The notes: generated from the letters alone by a model not told the origin. Shown: positions 42,698-53,532, numbered from the stretch's first letter. The stretch is 64,000 bases of DNA from an uncultured Bacteroidota bacterium (GCA_963746915.1 CAVVDD010000011.1:34834-98833); one strand, 5' to 3'. Numbers and translations are program-made.

Positions 42698-44026
42698 CTA
42701 CATAATTGTAAATTGAAGACGGCTTTCAAAGAATTGAACTTTTCCTTTCATACCATACCTGTCCAGAACTCCATAACCATAAATAAGTTCAAACCGGATG
42801 ACTTTTGTCATATACCAGTTGATCATTGGAGTGATCCGCCACATCTGGCCTCCTTTTATATTACCATCATTCAAATTGAGTGTAGAAACAAAAACCACAG
42901 CTTCAATTTCTCCTAACCCTCCTTTAAATACCGATTTTTTTACTGGTACGAATCCAAAAATGCTTCCTTCCGTTTTATAAGGACGTTTGCTACCAGTAAT
43001 AGAGTAGGCGAGCATTACATTGCCACCAGAGAATCTATGATCACCTTTGTCGCTATAAAAATTATGCGTAATAACTTCGGAGCCGATAGTAAAACGTTTA
43101 TTAGTGTAATATATCTCTCCCCCGATATGACTTGAATGATCGGCATCAAATGAACCCGTATTAATAAGTTGAGGTGTATTATTCGATTCAGGTCTTGACT
43201 TCAACGTCATCTTTCCATCAAGAGGTTTTGCATATCGCAGGTTGGCGGCAATATGCAGCGTTTGTTTCTTTTCCGGATCGTTGACCGGCAGCCATCCAAT
43301 GCGGGCCACATACTGCCATGCAAAAGTTGAAAAGCCCTGACCTTTTGAAATGAAATCATTATAATATCCGAGGTTCCAGAATATTTTTGATTTTGGTAAC
43401 ATGCCAAAGAATTTGATCCCATCCGCCAGGATAGGGATTACATCCAATGCCATCTGTCTTTCATAGCCCCATGGAGAGTGACCATTCATCACTTTGATCA
43501 TGGAGAAACCTTCTTTTGTACGGCCGACAAAAATGTGCCCTTTCAATTCAGGCACACCTACAGTTATACCGGATTCACGAAGCATCCAAACTTTTTCATT
43601 CCCATCATACATGTAAGCAAACTTCCATGCGATAGTTCTTTTTACAGTAGTGAGCACACCGCTGCCCAGTATCCGGAAATCTCTTGTTTGCACTTTTGGA
43701 TCTATATTGATGTTCGCAGTATCCATCTGTTTTTTGAAAACATCATCCTGGCTGTATGTGGAAGCATCAACAATATAACCCATCCCTATTCTGAAAGTTG
43801 AATAGGGTCCTTTGAATTCGTTTGGCGGTAACTTTTTAGTAATTGAGTCCTGATTTCGTTTTTCAAGAGACAACCCTTCCGTGCCATCGGGAACAGTTTT
43901 CTTTTCCTGGCAAATGGATAGATAAGGTAACAACAGAAACGCTGCCACCGTCAAACATAGCAGTGGCAGCGTTTCGAATGTTCCCCGTTTACTTTTAATT
44001 TTTGATGAGCCTTTAATTAATTTCAA
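42698..44026 (-). CDS. outer-membrane porin (OprO/P-like phosphate/anion-selective porin family, tentative)
   Basis: 442 aa with an N-terminal signal/anchor and beta-strand periodicity throughout. The family assignment is from memory of PF07396-like sequences and is unverified. Confidence 0.6.
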   Translation of the reverse strand: MKLIKGSSKIKSKRGTFETLPLLCLTVAAFLLLPYLSICQEKKTVPDGTEGLSLEKRNQDSITKKLPPNEFKGPYSTFRIGMGYIVDASTYSQDDVFKKQMDTANINIDPKVQTRDFRILGSGVLTTVKRTIAWKFAYMYDGNEKVWMLRESGITVGVPELKGHIFVGRTKEGFSMIKVMNGHSPWGYERQMALDVIPILADGIKFFGMLPKSKIFWNLGYYNDFISKGQGFSTFAWQYVARIGWLPVNDPEKKQTLHIAANLRYAKPLDGKMTLKSRPESNNTPQLINTGSFDADHSSHIGGEIYYTNKRFTIGSEVITHNFYSDKGDHRFSGGNVMLAYSITGSKRPYKTEGSIFGFVPVKKSVFKGGLGEIEAVVFVSTLNLNDGNIKGGQMWRITPMINWYMTKVIRFELIYGYGVLDRYGMKGKVQFFESRLQFTIM

Positions 44027-44061
44027 GGGTTTGTAATTTTATAAGGTTTATATTTTTAAAA

Positions 44062-45524
44062 TTACTGTTTTTGTCCTGTTAAAGCAGCCGGATCCATCAG
44101 CTTTTTGATCTGGTCTTCAGTCAGCAATTTTTTCTCTCGTATCAGTTCAAGAATTCCTTTGCCACTTTGAAGAGCTTCTTTTGCCAGCTCTGTTGTTTTT
44201 TCATATCCTAGAACAGGATTAAGAGCTGTTACAATTCCTATAGTAGTTTCTATATAATGTTTTAAAACTTCTTCATTTGCTGTGATTCCATCTATACAGT
44301 TTTTAGCGGAACAAAGGCATTGCTTTAAAAAAAAGTGCTTGTGATTCCATGATAGCGACAGCAACCACCGGTTCATATGCATTTAGTTGCAGAAGACCGT
44401 CTCTGTGATGCAATAGTGACCGTTGCGTCGTTACCTATGACTTTATAACATATCTGGTTCATCAACTCGGGCATTACAGGATTTACTTTTCCGGGCATGA
44501 TGGATGAACCCGGTTGAAGTGCAGGTAGGTTGATCTCAAAAATTCCGTTGCGTGGACCTGAGCATAGGAAGATCAGATCGCTGCTGATCTTAGACAATGT
44601 AACTGCAAAGTTTTTTAATGCTGAAGAGTACATTACAAATGCCTGCATGCTGCTTGTTGCTGCTATCAGGTCTTTAGCCAAATGCATTGGCTTGCCTGTA
44701 ATTTTTGCAAGATGAGCTGCACATTTTTCTGCATAACCTGGAGATGCGGTTAAGCCTGTGCCAATAGCAGTTGCACCCATATTCTCTTCATATAAATATT
44801 CTTCAGTTTTACGCAGCACTTCAATAGCTCCATCGATCTGGTTACCAAAACCATGAAATTCTTGTCCAAGTGTCATCGGCACGGCATCCTGACCTTCGGT
44901 GCGGCCCATCTTCACCAGGCTTTTAAATTCTTCTCCTTTTTTGTGAAATGTCTGAGAGAGCATCTTTGCCTGCTTTATCACTTTATCATTATGTAATAAC
45001 AAAGCAACATGGATAGCGGTTGGATAAACGTCGTTTGTTGACTGACCCATGTTCAGATCATCATGTGGTTCTATGAATTGGTATTCTCCTTTTTTCTTAC
45101 CCATCATTTCGAGGGCAATATTTGCAAGCACTTCGCAGGAATTCATGTTTGCTGATGTACCTGCACCACCCTGGTACAAGTCTGTCAAAAACTGGTCATG
45201 ATATTTTCCATCAATAACTGCCTGGCAGGCTTTTTCAATCGCGGCCAATTTTTCTTTTGGCATTCTTCCTACATCCGTGTTCGCACGGGCAGCAGCCATC
45301 TTTACCATGGCATAAGCCCGTACATAGTCAGGATAAAAATTTGTTTTTACACCACTTACCTGGAAATTCTCAAGTGCCCTCATCGTTTGTACTCCATAAT
45401 AAGCATCAAAAGGAATTTCCTTGTCACCCAGCAGGTCATGTTCTGTACGGGTTTTTTGTGCCTCTGTAAACTGAAAACAAATAAGCATCAGTAAAGGCAG
45501 CATAATAAATTTTATCTTGTTCAT
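44062..45524 (-). pseudogene. aspA: aspartate ammonia-lyase with apparent N-terminal signal peptide; 2 frameshifts near the 3' end
   Basis: EHDLLGDKEIPFDAYYGVQTMRALENF, QSTNDVYPTA and GSSIMPGKVNPV (fumarate-lyase signature). Tail CIDGITANEEV...LLTEDQIKKLMDPAALT. Frame changes near 44390..44410 and at the A8 run 44327..44334. Start chosen at MNKIKF because the longer track ORF would run through the 45568..45601 palindrome. Confidence 0.8.
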
Positions 45525-45567
45525 TTGTTTTAATTTTTGTTCTGAATAAATAAACTTGTTCCAGATT

Positions 45568-45601
45568 AGTTTCACCCAGATGATATCATCTGGGTGAAAC
45601 T
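45568..45601. repeat. perfect 34-nt palindrome between ansB and aspA
   Basis: agtttcacccagatgat|atcatctgggtgaaact. Every position pairs. There is no adjacent T-run on the coding (minus) strand. Confidence 0.9.
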
Positions 45602-45627
45602 GAATTCAGAACATGAGTTCGCTTCGA

Positions 45628-46674
45628 TCAATACGTAAAGAAAAATTGCTGAAGCTGTTTTTTATCTTTTGTCTTTGTCAGGCCAAGCATCAATAATATT
45701 CTTGCCTTTTGTGGAGTAAGATCATCTGAAACGATAGTGCCGAGCTCATCATCATTTATTTCATCATGAAGTACCACACGGCCGGAAGGAGTGCGGCTTG
45801 CCCGGCAAACGATGATACCTGCTGCTACTGCTCTTTTAACTGCATCCATATAAACTTTATTGAAGTTGCCGTTACCCACACCAGCAATAACAATTCCATC
45901 TACTTTTTTACTGATCAGAAGATCTAACTGGTCTGATGGTGCATCTGCATACATGTAAACAATATCCACTCTTGGTAATTTTGTATCTTTTGTAATTGTA
46001 ACCGGACTTTTTGGTTTTACTTCCCGCTCAGAGCTTGAATAATATTCTACTCTGCCATCATAAGCCTGGCCAACCGGACCTGTATTAGGAGATCCAAAAG
46101 CATTTGTTTTTGTGGTGCTCAGCTTCATTACATCTCTTGCATCAAATATTCCTTCATTAAAGCTTACCAATACGCCCCGGCCCTTGCTCTTAGGATTGAT
46201 CGCAATAGTAATTGCATCATAAAGATTCTTTGGTCCGTCTGCACTGATCGCAGTTGCAGGACGCATTGAGCCGGTAAGTACAACAGGTATATCTGTCGTA
46301 AGAGCGAGGTCTAAAAAGTAAGCAGTTTCTTCCTGTGTATCGGTACCATGTGTTACCACAATACCGTCTGCTTCCTTATTCTTAGCAATTTCATTGATAC
46401 GTACAGTGAGTTTTTTCCATATATCAATTGTCATATCCTGGCTGCCAACAGATGCAATTTGTTCGCCTGTAATACTTGCAATTTTTTTTACTGATGGTAT
46501 GCTACCAATTAGGTCATCAATAGGAATTTTTCCGGCTTCATATCCAGCCCGGTCAGCGGCTGCGCCTGCTCCGGCAATTGTTCCACCGGTTGCTAAAATG
46601 ATCACTCTTGGTAATTGTGCATTGACTTGTGTGATGACGATAACGAAGGCTAAAAGTGAAACTAACTTTTTCAT
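45628..46674 (-). CDS. ansB: type II (periplasmic) L-asparaginase
   Basis: Signal peptide MKKLVSLLAFVIVITQVNAQ, then ILATGGTIAG, VVTHGTDTQEETAYFL and GVLVSFN. Confidence 0.9.
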   Translation of the reverse strand: MKKLVSLLAFVIVITQVNAQLPRVIILATGGTIAGAGAAADRAGYEAGKIPIDDLIGSIPSVKKIASITGEQIASVGSQDMTIDIWKKLTVRINEIAKNKEADGIVVTHGTDTQEETAYFLDLALTTDIPVVLTGSMRPATAISADGPKNLYDAITIAINPKSKGRGVLVSFNEGIFDARDVMKLSTTKTNAFGSPNTGPVGQAYDGRVEYYSSSEREVKPKSPVTITKDTKLPRVDIVYMYADAPSDQLDLLISKKVDGIVIAGVGNGNFNKVYMDAVKRAVAAGIIVCRASRTPSGRVVLHDEINDDELGTIVSDDLTPQKARILLMLGLTKTKDKKQLQQFFFTY

Positions 46675-47012
46675 GATTTTATATTTTTGATTAATGGTTA
46701 AGAAAATTTAATAAATGTGTTCTATCATTTTAAAAGGTTTAATAAAAAAGGTGATTTTGATTTTCAATTCATGCTTAATGGTTTTTAATTTTTAAAAGTT
46801 CATAATGCATTAATTCAAAGAAGTACAATAAGAAATAGATTCAAGAGGTATAAGAATATTTTGGGTACTCAGATAAAATACTCCACTTGTCTAATTTAAT
46901 TTCAACTCTTGTTAAATCCAATGACACACATCACAACTGCGGTTGACTTTAAATAGGACCGAATTCGTTGATCTCTGGTCCACTTTTAATAAAGTCTCAA
47001 TGCAGGCTTGCC

Positions 47013-47188
47013 GATTAAAGCCAAATGGCTAAAATCATTTTCCGTTTCTTGTAGAGGTTCAGGCAGGGTTGCTGATCAACGCCAAAAAGCTAAAGCCATG
47101 CTTTTCGCTTCTTGTATAGGCTCAGCAGGGTTTCATCAATCAAAGCCAAATAGCCTAAGCTATTTTCAAATAAGTCTTCTGATTTTGG
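47013..47188 (+). repeat. imperfect tandem repeat, ~65-nt period, 2.5 copies
   Basis: Core ttttccgtttcttgtagaggttcaggcagggtt (47037..) recurs as ttttcgcttcttgtataggctcagcagggtt (47102..). Each unit begins aaagc[ct]aaa... A third, partial unit starts at 47142. Confidence 0.7.
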
Positions 47189-47358
47189 TTTATATACGCT
47201 GTTTTCATGGGAGGGAAAGGAGATTGGATAAGTAGGGTTAATTCTATAATGTTAAGGTAAATAAAATACTTGGATTGCTCCAAAATCTTTTTATTAATAA
47301 TTGTGCTTATTTAATTCTGACGTTTGACACTTGTTTCTCCATGTCTTTTTCAAATGAA

Positions 47359-48145
47359 TTACAAAGGTGATTGTGATTTTTTCTTCTTAGCTTTTTTTTC
47401 GGTATTACATCCACCAAGACATGCAAATGGTGGTGTAAAAAGCATGACACCGAATTCAAACCCTGCGCCATTATTACCGTTAATTTCATTTCCATAAGTC
47501 AGCGCAAAAACAGCATACCGACTGGGTTCCCAGCGCCAGCCAAATTTGTATTCGGGAACAGATTTATTTTCTCCCATAGAACCAAAAATTTCTGCTACAA
47601 TTGATCCCTTCTCATTCCACGGATACCATGCCACCCGTGTAGAGTATGTAAAAGCAAAAGCAGTTTTCTCTTCTACTCCATATTGCCTGGTCATACTTGC
47701 TCCCGGCATAACATCCCATTGCAACCTGTTTTTCATAAATGGAAAGGTTACCGGCGCATTCATCCAATAAGTTTGAAATGCATCTTTACTCCTGTCTTCG
47801 CCATCAAGCGTACCCGGAAATATATCCGGTACCAGCTTTTACAGCTGCACCGCCGGTCTTTGTTTTATTTTCATAAAACATATACTTGACATAGAACGAT
47901 GATGAATATCCATCATCTGTCGTTTGATCACCATCGTCATTGTACAAATAAGCAGCCATGGTAAATTCCCATTTAGGAAAAAGGGAATAAGTATTCATCA
48001 GCATCGAATTTCTTTGCCCATATGTTGGAATAAGGGTGATGGTACCATGAGCTTTTGATATCCAGCTATCAGAATTGAATTGTTGGGCTTTGGTTTCACT
48101 AATAAATAAAACCATCATGCAAATGAGTTTTGCAGATTTGTTCAT
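47359..48145 (-). pseudogene. small exported beta-barrel-like protein, one frameshift
   Basis: Signal peptide MNKSAKLICMMVLFISETKAQ. Track ORFs 47804..48145 and 47359..47763 join as ...AGTGYI/FPGTLDGEDRSKDAFQTYWMNAPVTF, with a 1-nt shift near 47815..47822. Confidence 0.5.
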
Positions 48146-48233
48146 AGATAAGGTTTATTGCATTAAAAATCTTTTACACCTGTTCTTTAACAAGTGTTAC
48201 ATGTTCGCTGTTATTAATTCGAAAAAGATCTTT

Positions 48234-49400
48234 TTAATTTTTTTCAATACCTGAAGACGGGGTTGGTGGTGGAATCTTTTTTGGATCATTTACATGAGCT
48301 TTTTCCCAGGCCCTTACTTTTATTCTTGCAGCATCAAACAACCGCTCATAGTTACCTTTCAGTAATTTTTGTTTTGCTTCAGGTGTAAGTTTTTCAAATA
48401 ATGGCTTATACATATCCAATATCTTCAGATAAGATGTCTGGTCAGACGGCGCCACTTCATCAGTACCCATTAAAAAACGATCAGGATATTTATTGATAAC
48501 GGCTGCCACATTCGCTGTTGCCTCGGGTGTTTCAGTTACATACTTGGCTACTTCTGTCCACGAAATATCAATATAAATATTACCTGATTGTGGATTTGCA
48601 AGTGCTTTATCGAGCATGGCCATTTGGTCTTTTACAGGCCGAACAATTCTTCCTACACCGCAATGCGCCCATATAATTGGTGTATTACGATGTCTTGCAA
48701 ACAACGCTTTGATCTGTTCAATATCCCAATTCTCCTGTCCTGATTTTGGAAATGGCATATTGATATCGTTATGCAGGATAACCAACAATCCTGATTCAGC
48801 GCAGAAATCAAGTATGCGATCAAGTGCGGGATTATTTAATGTAGCAACAGGGCCTGCAACCTTTGATGAAACAAATTCTTTATGAATTGAAAATTCGCCA
48901 ATGCCTGTAAATACACCGGGAAATGTTGTCAATACTCTTTTAATATGATCGGTGGCATACATATCAGCAGGATTGAACCCGGTGATCATCGGATCAAATC
49001 TTGCCTGTTGTTCTTTTGTAAGCGATCTGTACGCCATCGCTATATAGGCATCAGTAAAAGAATAATAATAAAGAGGATCATCACTTGCCAGGTAATAAGT
49101 AGGAGCAAAATTTCCGCTGTTATTGTAATTCCACATTTGCTGAAGTGGAATACCAAATAAAGCAACACGTCCAACTTTGTTTCCCATTATTTCAAGAAAC
49201 TTGTGAATGTCTGTTCCTTCCTGCACATAATTTGTCAAATGAAAATGCGAGTCATTAAGCAAAACTGAATCTTTACTTCCCTGTGAAAAACCATTATTTG
49301 AAAACAGTAACAAAAAAAACACGGGAGCAATAATTGCTTTAGCAGTAAATGATGTTACTGAAGTATAAGCGTTGTTTTTTTTAAAGCAGATCTGTTTCAT
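48234..49400 (-). CDS. amidohydrolase-family (TIM-barrel metal hydrolase) protein, exported
   Basis: Signal/anchor IIAPVFFLLLFSNNGFSQ. HxH in DSHFHLTNY. Later HND..., WAHCG and GTDE-type ligand positions. Substrate unknown. Confidence 0.65.
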   Translation of the reverse strand: MKQICFKKNNAYTSVTSFTAKAIIAPVFFLLLFSNNGFSQGSKDSVLLNDSHFHLTNYVQEGTDIHKFLEIMGNKVGRVALFGIPLQQMWNYNNSGNFAPTYYLASDDPLYYYSFTDAYIAMAYRSLTKEQQARFDPMITGFNPADMYATDHIKRVLTTFPGVFTGIGEFSIHKEFVSSKVAGPVATLNNPALDRILDFCAESGLLVILHNDINMPFPKSGQENWDIEQIKALFARHRNTPIIWAHCGVGRIVRPVKDQMAMLDKALANPQSGNIYIDISWTEVAKYVTETPEATANVAAVINKYPDRFLMGTDEVAPSDQTSYLKILDMYKPLFEKLTPEAKQKLLKGNYERLFDAARIKVRAWEKAHVNDPKKIPPPTPSSGIEKN

Positions 49401-49469
49401 GATATTAATTTTTTTGAACAGAATTTATTTTTTTCATTCATCACTGAAAAATGAAATGATCGTCAACAA

Positions 49470-50806
49470 TTAAAAATTAAGCTCCAGGTCAAGATTGAAA
49501 ATAACTCCATTTGCACCCACAGTATACGGATATGCCAAACCACCAACAGGGCATCCATTCATGAATGTTACCTGGCCATTCAAACGGGTAGAAATGGTTT
49601 TTTTAAACGGAAAGAAATTAAAGCCCACTCTCAGTTCCGGTAGGGTCACCATACTCTCCAAAGATCTTTGAATACGTTGTGTAAAGCTGGAGTCTTTTTG
49701 GGAATAACCATTGCTGAAGCTAGTAGCTGAAATCCGTTATCATTGAGTTCGGTTAAAGCCATGGGAGAACCTATTAACTTGAAATTATCGATCTTTCTCC
49801 AATAATATTCTCCTTCAAGGGCAAAGCCCTTATGCTTTACACCGGCATCAACGCTAAACATCATCATCCCTTGCTTCATCGATCTGTGTTCCGGTGTTAA
49901 ATAAGTCCGGCTGTGAAAATTGAGTTGCCGTCTGAAACACGTAAGGTTGTATTTTCAAAAACATGCAGTATTGGGCTGACCTTGCCTTGTTTCTGTACTT
50001 CGGGTAAAATGCGCACCTATTCTTGTGGCCACCTTCTGGTGATCGTCATAATCACCATAACTGCCATTGAACATTCCGTACTCACCCGTAGTAGGTAAAA
50101 AAACTAATGCCCCTGCAAAAGTATTGAGCTTGGCATCCATTTGCCCGGCATCAACACCCAAGGTGCTCATGTTATTTCCCAGCATAACTGAATAGATAAG
50201 CTTTTTTCCAATTTTACCCCTTGCCTGTATACCACTGGTATAAGAAGGGCGCATATATTCATCGGCTATCATACGGTTATCAACCGATAACCAGAAAGGG
50301 TAATTTCCTTCTGTACTTCTTACCCCCGGTAATGACATGATGCCTCCTGTAAGTTTAAAATACTTACTAAAAGTATAGGAAAGGTTTCCCGCAACAACTA
50401 CCTGGGCCCCTAGTCCCTGGGATGCATTGGTTGTCCAGACGTATAAAAAGTAATTGAATTTCGGATCAAAAGCCCAGCCGGAGAAATAAATGCTCACTTT
50501 TTGTAACTGTATATCCTGGCGGGGATCCACTGTTTGGGGTTTGCCGAAGCCATCAGTGTAAGTTTTATCAATTGCTGTTTGGTTAAGATAACGGAAATAG
50601 GTATAAGGCCGGATATTAATTTCACCCCATTTCGAATGTGCAACCCTGTGACCAAGCATTATCCTATAAGGAGCCCATAGGATCGAGTCAGGGATAACAA
50701 CTCTTAAGGAATCGCCCGGCAAAATATGTTGACCAAAAAATGTTAATGGGAAAACAATTAAGGCAATCATCATTGTGTGCCGAAAAGGGAAGTTTTTTAA
50801 TTTCAT
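49470..50806 (-). pseudogene. outer-membrane porin (OprO/P-like, tentative), 2 frameshifts
   Basis: Signal peptide MMIALIVFPLTFFGQ. Fragments 49955..50806, 49646..49879 and 49470..49661. Ends LDLELNF, a typical C-terminal Phe. Confidence 0.55.
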
Positions 50807-50950
50807 AAGCTATTTAATGGTAAAGTTGAAGTTATATAAATTGATCAACACTAATGTCGTGTTGAAAAAAAATTGATCAGATAATTATGTTATTAACTGG
50901 ATTTTCTGAATCTGCCTTTGAAAAATGCAGGTCAACATAATTTAATTAGA

Positions 50951-50986
50951 AAACAACCGGCCCTTTATGATCGCGACCGGTTGTTT
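50951..50986 (-). terminator. hairpin terminator after glsA
   Basis: aaacaaccgg-(16 nt)-ccggttgttt. On the minus strand it is followed by ttttc. Confidence 0.55.
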
Positions 50987-51005
50987 TATTGTTATGTTAG
51001 TAGTT

Positions 51006-52022
51006 TTATTTTTTAGGTGTGACCTGGTAAGGATTTACACCTAATTGTTCAATGATGTATTTAATAGTATAAATTGCTTTTACACTATTTCCCGCAGGTG
51101 ATAATGGAGGAGAGATCACTGCAATTCCAAACTTGCCGGGAACTACAGCAATGATACCGCCACCAACTCCGGATTTAGCAGGTGCACCCGTTGCATAGAG
51201 CCACTGACCTGAGTCATCATATAAACCTGCAGTTGCCATTACTGGTAAAACGTATTTTACTGTTTCAGGAGAAACACATACTTTTTTGGTAACAGGGTTT
51301 ACTCCGCCATTAGCAAGTGTGCCCGCCATTTCTGCAAGATCTTTTGCATTCACACTGATAGCACATTGTTTGGTATAGATGTCGGTGGACTGCACAGGAT
51401 CAAAATACATTCTGCCATAGGCCAACAGGAGATGAGCAATGGCCTGGTTGCGAAGATTATCTCCGGCTTCGCTTATATATACAGGCACATCAAGAGCAAG
51501 CTGTCTGCCGGCAAAATCACTGTGGACCTGCAGAATGCTTTTCCATTTGGCAGCAGAGTCTGCTCCTTTTATCAAACTGGTGGATGCAATTGCTCCCGGA
51601 TTTACCAATGGATTAATTTCTTTTCCTTTCTGAAGTTCAACAGCCACGATCGAATTAAATCGCATACCAGTAGCATCCACACCGATCTTATCCATAACGA
51701 ACTTGGCTCCATTTTCTTCTATCACTTTTGCCATAGTAAACACTTTGGAAATTGACTGTATTGATACGGCGCTTTTCAGATCACCTTTTGTATATACCTG
51801 GCCATCTGTTGTTACGATCGCAATTCCATAAATGTTTGGATCTACAGTGGCCAGTTCTTTGATATAATCTGCATTTTTTCCTTCTTTCAGATTCTTGAAT
51901 TTTTCATACGCATCATTTAATGCTTTTTCTATTTGTTCTTTGGTTTGTGCTTTTAATACCGGAGTACCAATAAAAGCAAGGAGTGTGAGGAGCAAAATTG
52001 CTTTCGAAATATTCTTTTTCAT
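51006..52022 (-). CDS. glsA: glutaminase A with signal peptide
   Basis: MKKNISKAILLLTLLAFIGTPVLKAQ, then YGIAIVTTDGQVY..., SIQSISKVFT, NPLVNPGAI, SGVGGGIIAVVPGKFGIAV. Confidence 0.85.
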   Translation of the reverse strand: MKKNISKAILLLTLLAFIGTPVLKAQTKEQIEKALNDAYEKFKNLKEGKNADYIKELATVDPNIYGIAIVTTDGQVYTKGDLKSAVSIQSISKVFTMAKVIEENGAKFVMDKIGVDATGMRFNSIVAVELQKGKEINPLVNPGAIASTSLIKGADSAAKWKSILQVHSDFAGRQLALDVPVYISEAGDNLRNQAIAHLLLAYGRMYFDPVQSTDIYTKQCAISVNAKDLAEMAGTLANGGVNPVTKKVCVSPETVKYVLPVMATAGLYDDSGQWLYATGAPAKSGVGGGIIAVVPGKFGIAVISPPLSPAGNSVKAIYTIKYIIEQLGVNPYQVTPKK

Positions 52023-52064
52023 TTTCTTAATTTTATTTTTTTAAAATGGTTAATGTTTCAAGAA

Positions 52065-53307
52065 CTAATTCTGCCCGCCTTTTGCCTTGAAGAATGTAGT
52101 TGAGAAATTATATTTGAAAGAGAACTGGATCTTCGTACAAGGTGCTTTAAAACCATCTTCTCCTTCCCGCTGGCCCCACTGAAATTCAACAGCTGCCATG
52201 GTATTTTTGACTGGAGTGGTACCAATAGTGAGCGAGGCATACTGGCCGAATTTATAAGAAGTGGTGCCTGCCGCAGTTGCTGTGTTCTCTATGGAAACAC
52301 TTGAGTAACCAAGAGATGTCCACCAGGAAGGATTCCAGTTATGATCGATCCATGCCATTATCCCGGTAACCGGCAAGGCTTTACCATCAATAGGTTTGGA
52401 TGGAACACCGGTAACAACAGTGCCGACGTCATTAGGCGCATCCTGCATATAATTTTCAATGCCTTCGCCATACACAATGTTACCTCTGAATACCGTGCTC
52501 TTTGTTAAATTGATCGCCGCACTCAAATGAGCTCCCCATCCCGTAGCGCTTCCACTAAGATCAGTGCCGAATTTATTAATGCGGGTATCTGCCCATTTCA
52601 GTGGGCGAAAGATACCTGCCAATTGAACACTGCCCCATTTACCTCTTTTTTTAAAGTGGGCAGAAATATCAGGAGCGGAAAGTTTAGCTCTTACACTGTC
52701 CAGCGGTGGAAGCGATGGACCACCTGGAGGGGTCGAAATTGTTCCCTTGTCTGCGCCGGCACCCGGACGTTCCAGGGCAATCCATAATTCTTTATCAGCA
52801 TCGTTTATCGGCATAAACCGAACTTGTACATTCCTGTAATACACCATACCACTAGGACCCCAGTATTCCACTGTGTTCGGCCATACATCATCATCCATAA
52901 AAGGCGAAGTGGCCTGACCGGCAAGAAATTTTCCTAATTGTCCATAGGCATAGCGCAGTCGCATAGTGGTTTGTCCTTCATCTGAACCGGTACCAAACAT
53001 ATCAAACTCGAACCTTACAGTCAGGTCACCCATTTTTGTAGGTGTGTAGCCTTTTACACCAAAACGTGTTTGTCTTACTCCAAAGAACCATGTTCCATCC
53101 GGTGCAAACTGGTCTTTGTATTTGGGCAGGCGGTTTATTCTTAACGCATCGAACCATCTCGGGTCGATCTGATCAAAATTGTAACCCATATCCACCATGG
53201 CGAAGCCATAGACTTCAAGGCTTTTTTGTGGTAATGAATCGTTTTGTGCATTCACGGCTATACAACTGCACAGTAGCAATAAATGCTAATAGAATTTTTG
53301 ATTTCAT
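52065..53307 (-). CDS. outer-membrane porin-like beta-barrel; probable frameshift inside the signal peptide
   Basis: The track ORF starts at a TTG. ATG at 53307 gives MKSKILLAFIA.., which joins LLLCSCIAVNAQ after a 1-nt shift near 53280. Beta-barrel periodicity. Confidence 0.6.
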
Positions 53308-53532
53308 AAACAAGTGATTTAATGTTAATGTTACGAGATTAATAACCTATCTTTTATTTTGATCGATAAGTTCAAATTAAATAAGGGCGGATAAAACTCA
53401 ACCTGTGACATCAGCTAACAGGTTGGCAGTAATCAATGGGTAATGATCAATCACACAAAGTATAACGGCACACGTGAAAATAATCATGATACTAATCAGA
53501 TCGTGACTGATCTAAATCAGTAGTAGTAGGTT

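Noticed and set aside
47013-47188. Possible CRISPR array
   Set aside because: The units are directly adjacent, imperfect and have no unique spacers. No cas genes are in the window.
47008-47235. 75-aa ORF in the long spacer
   Set aside because: Its reading frame is generated by the 65-nt tandem repeat. It has a non-ATG start and no protein-like features.
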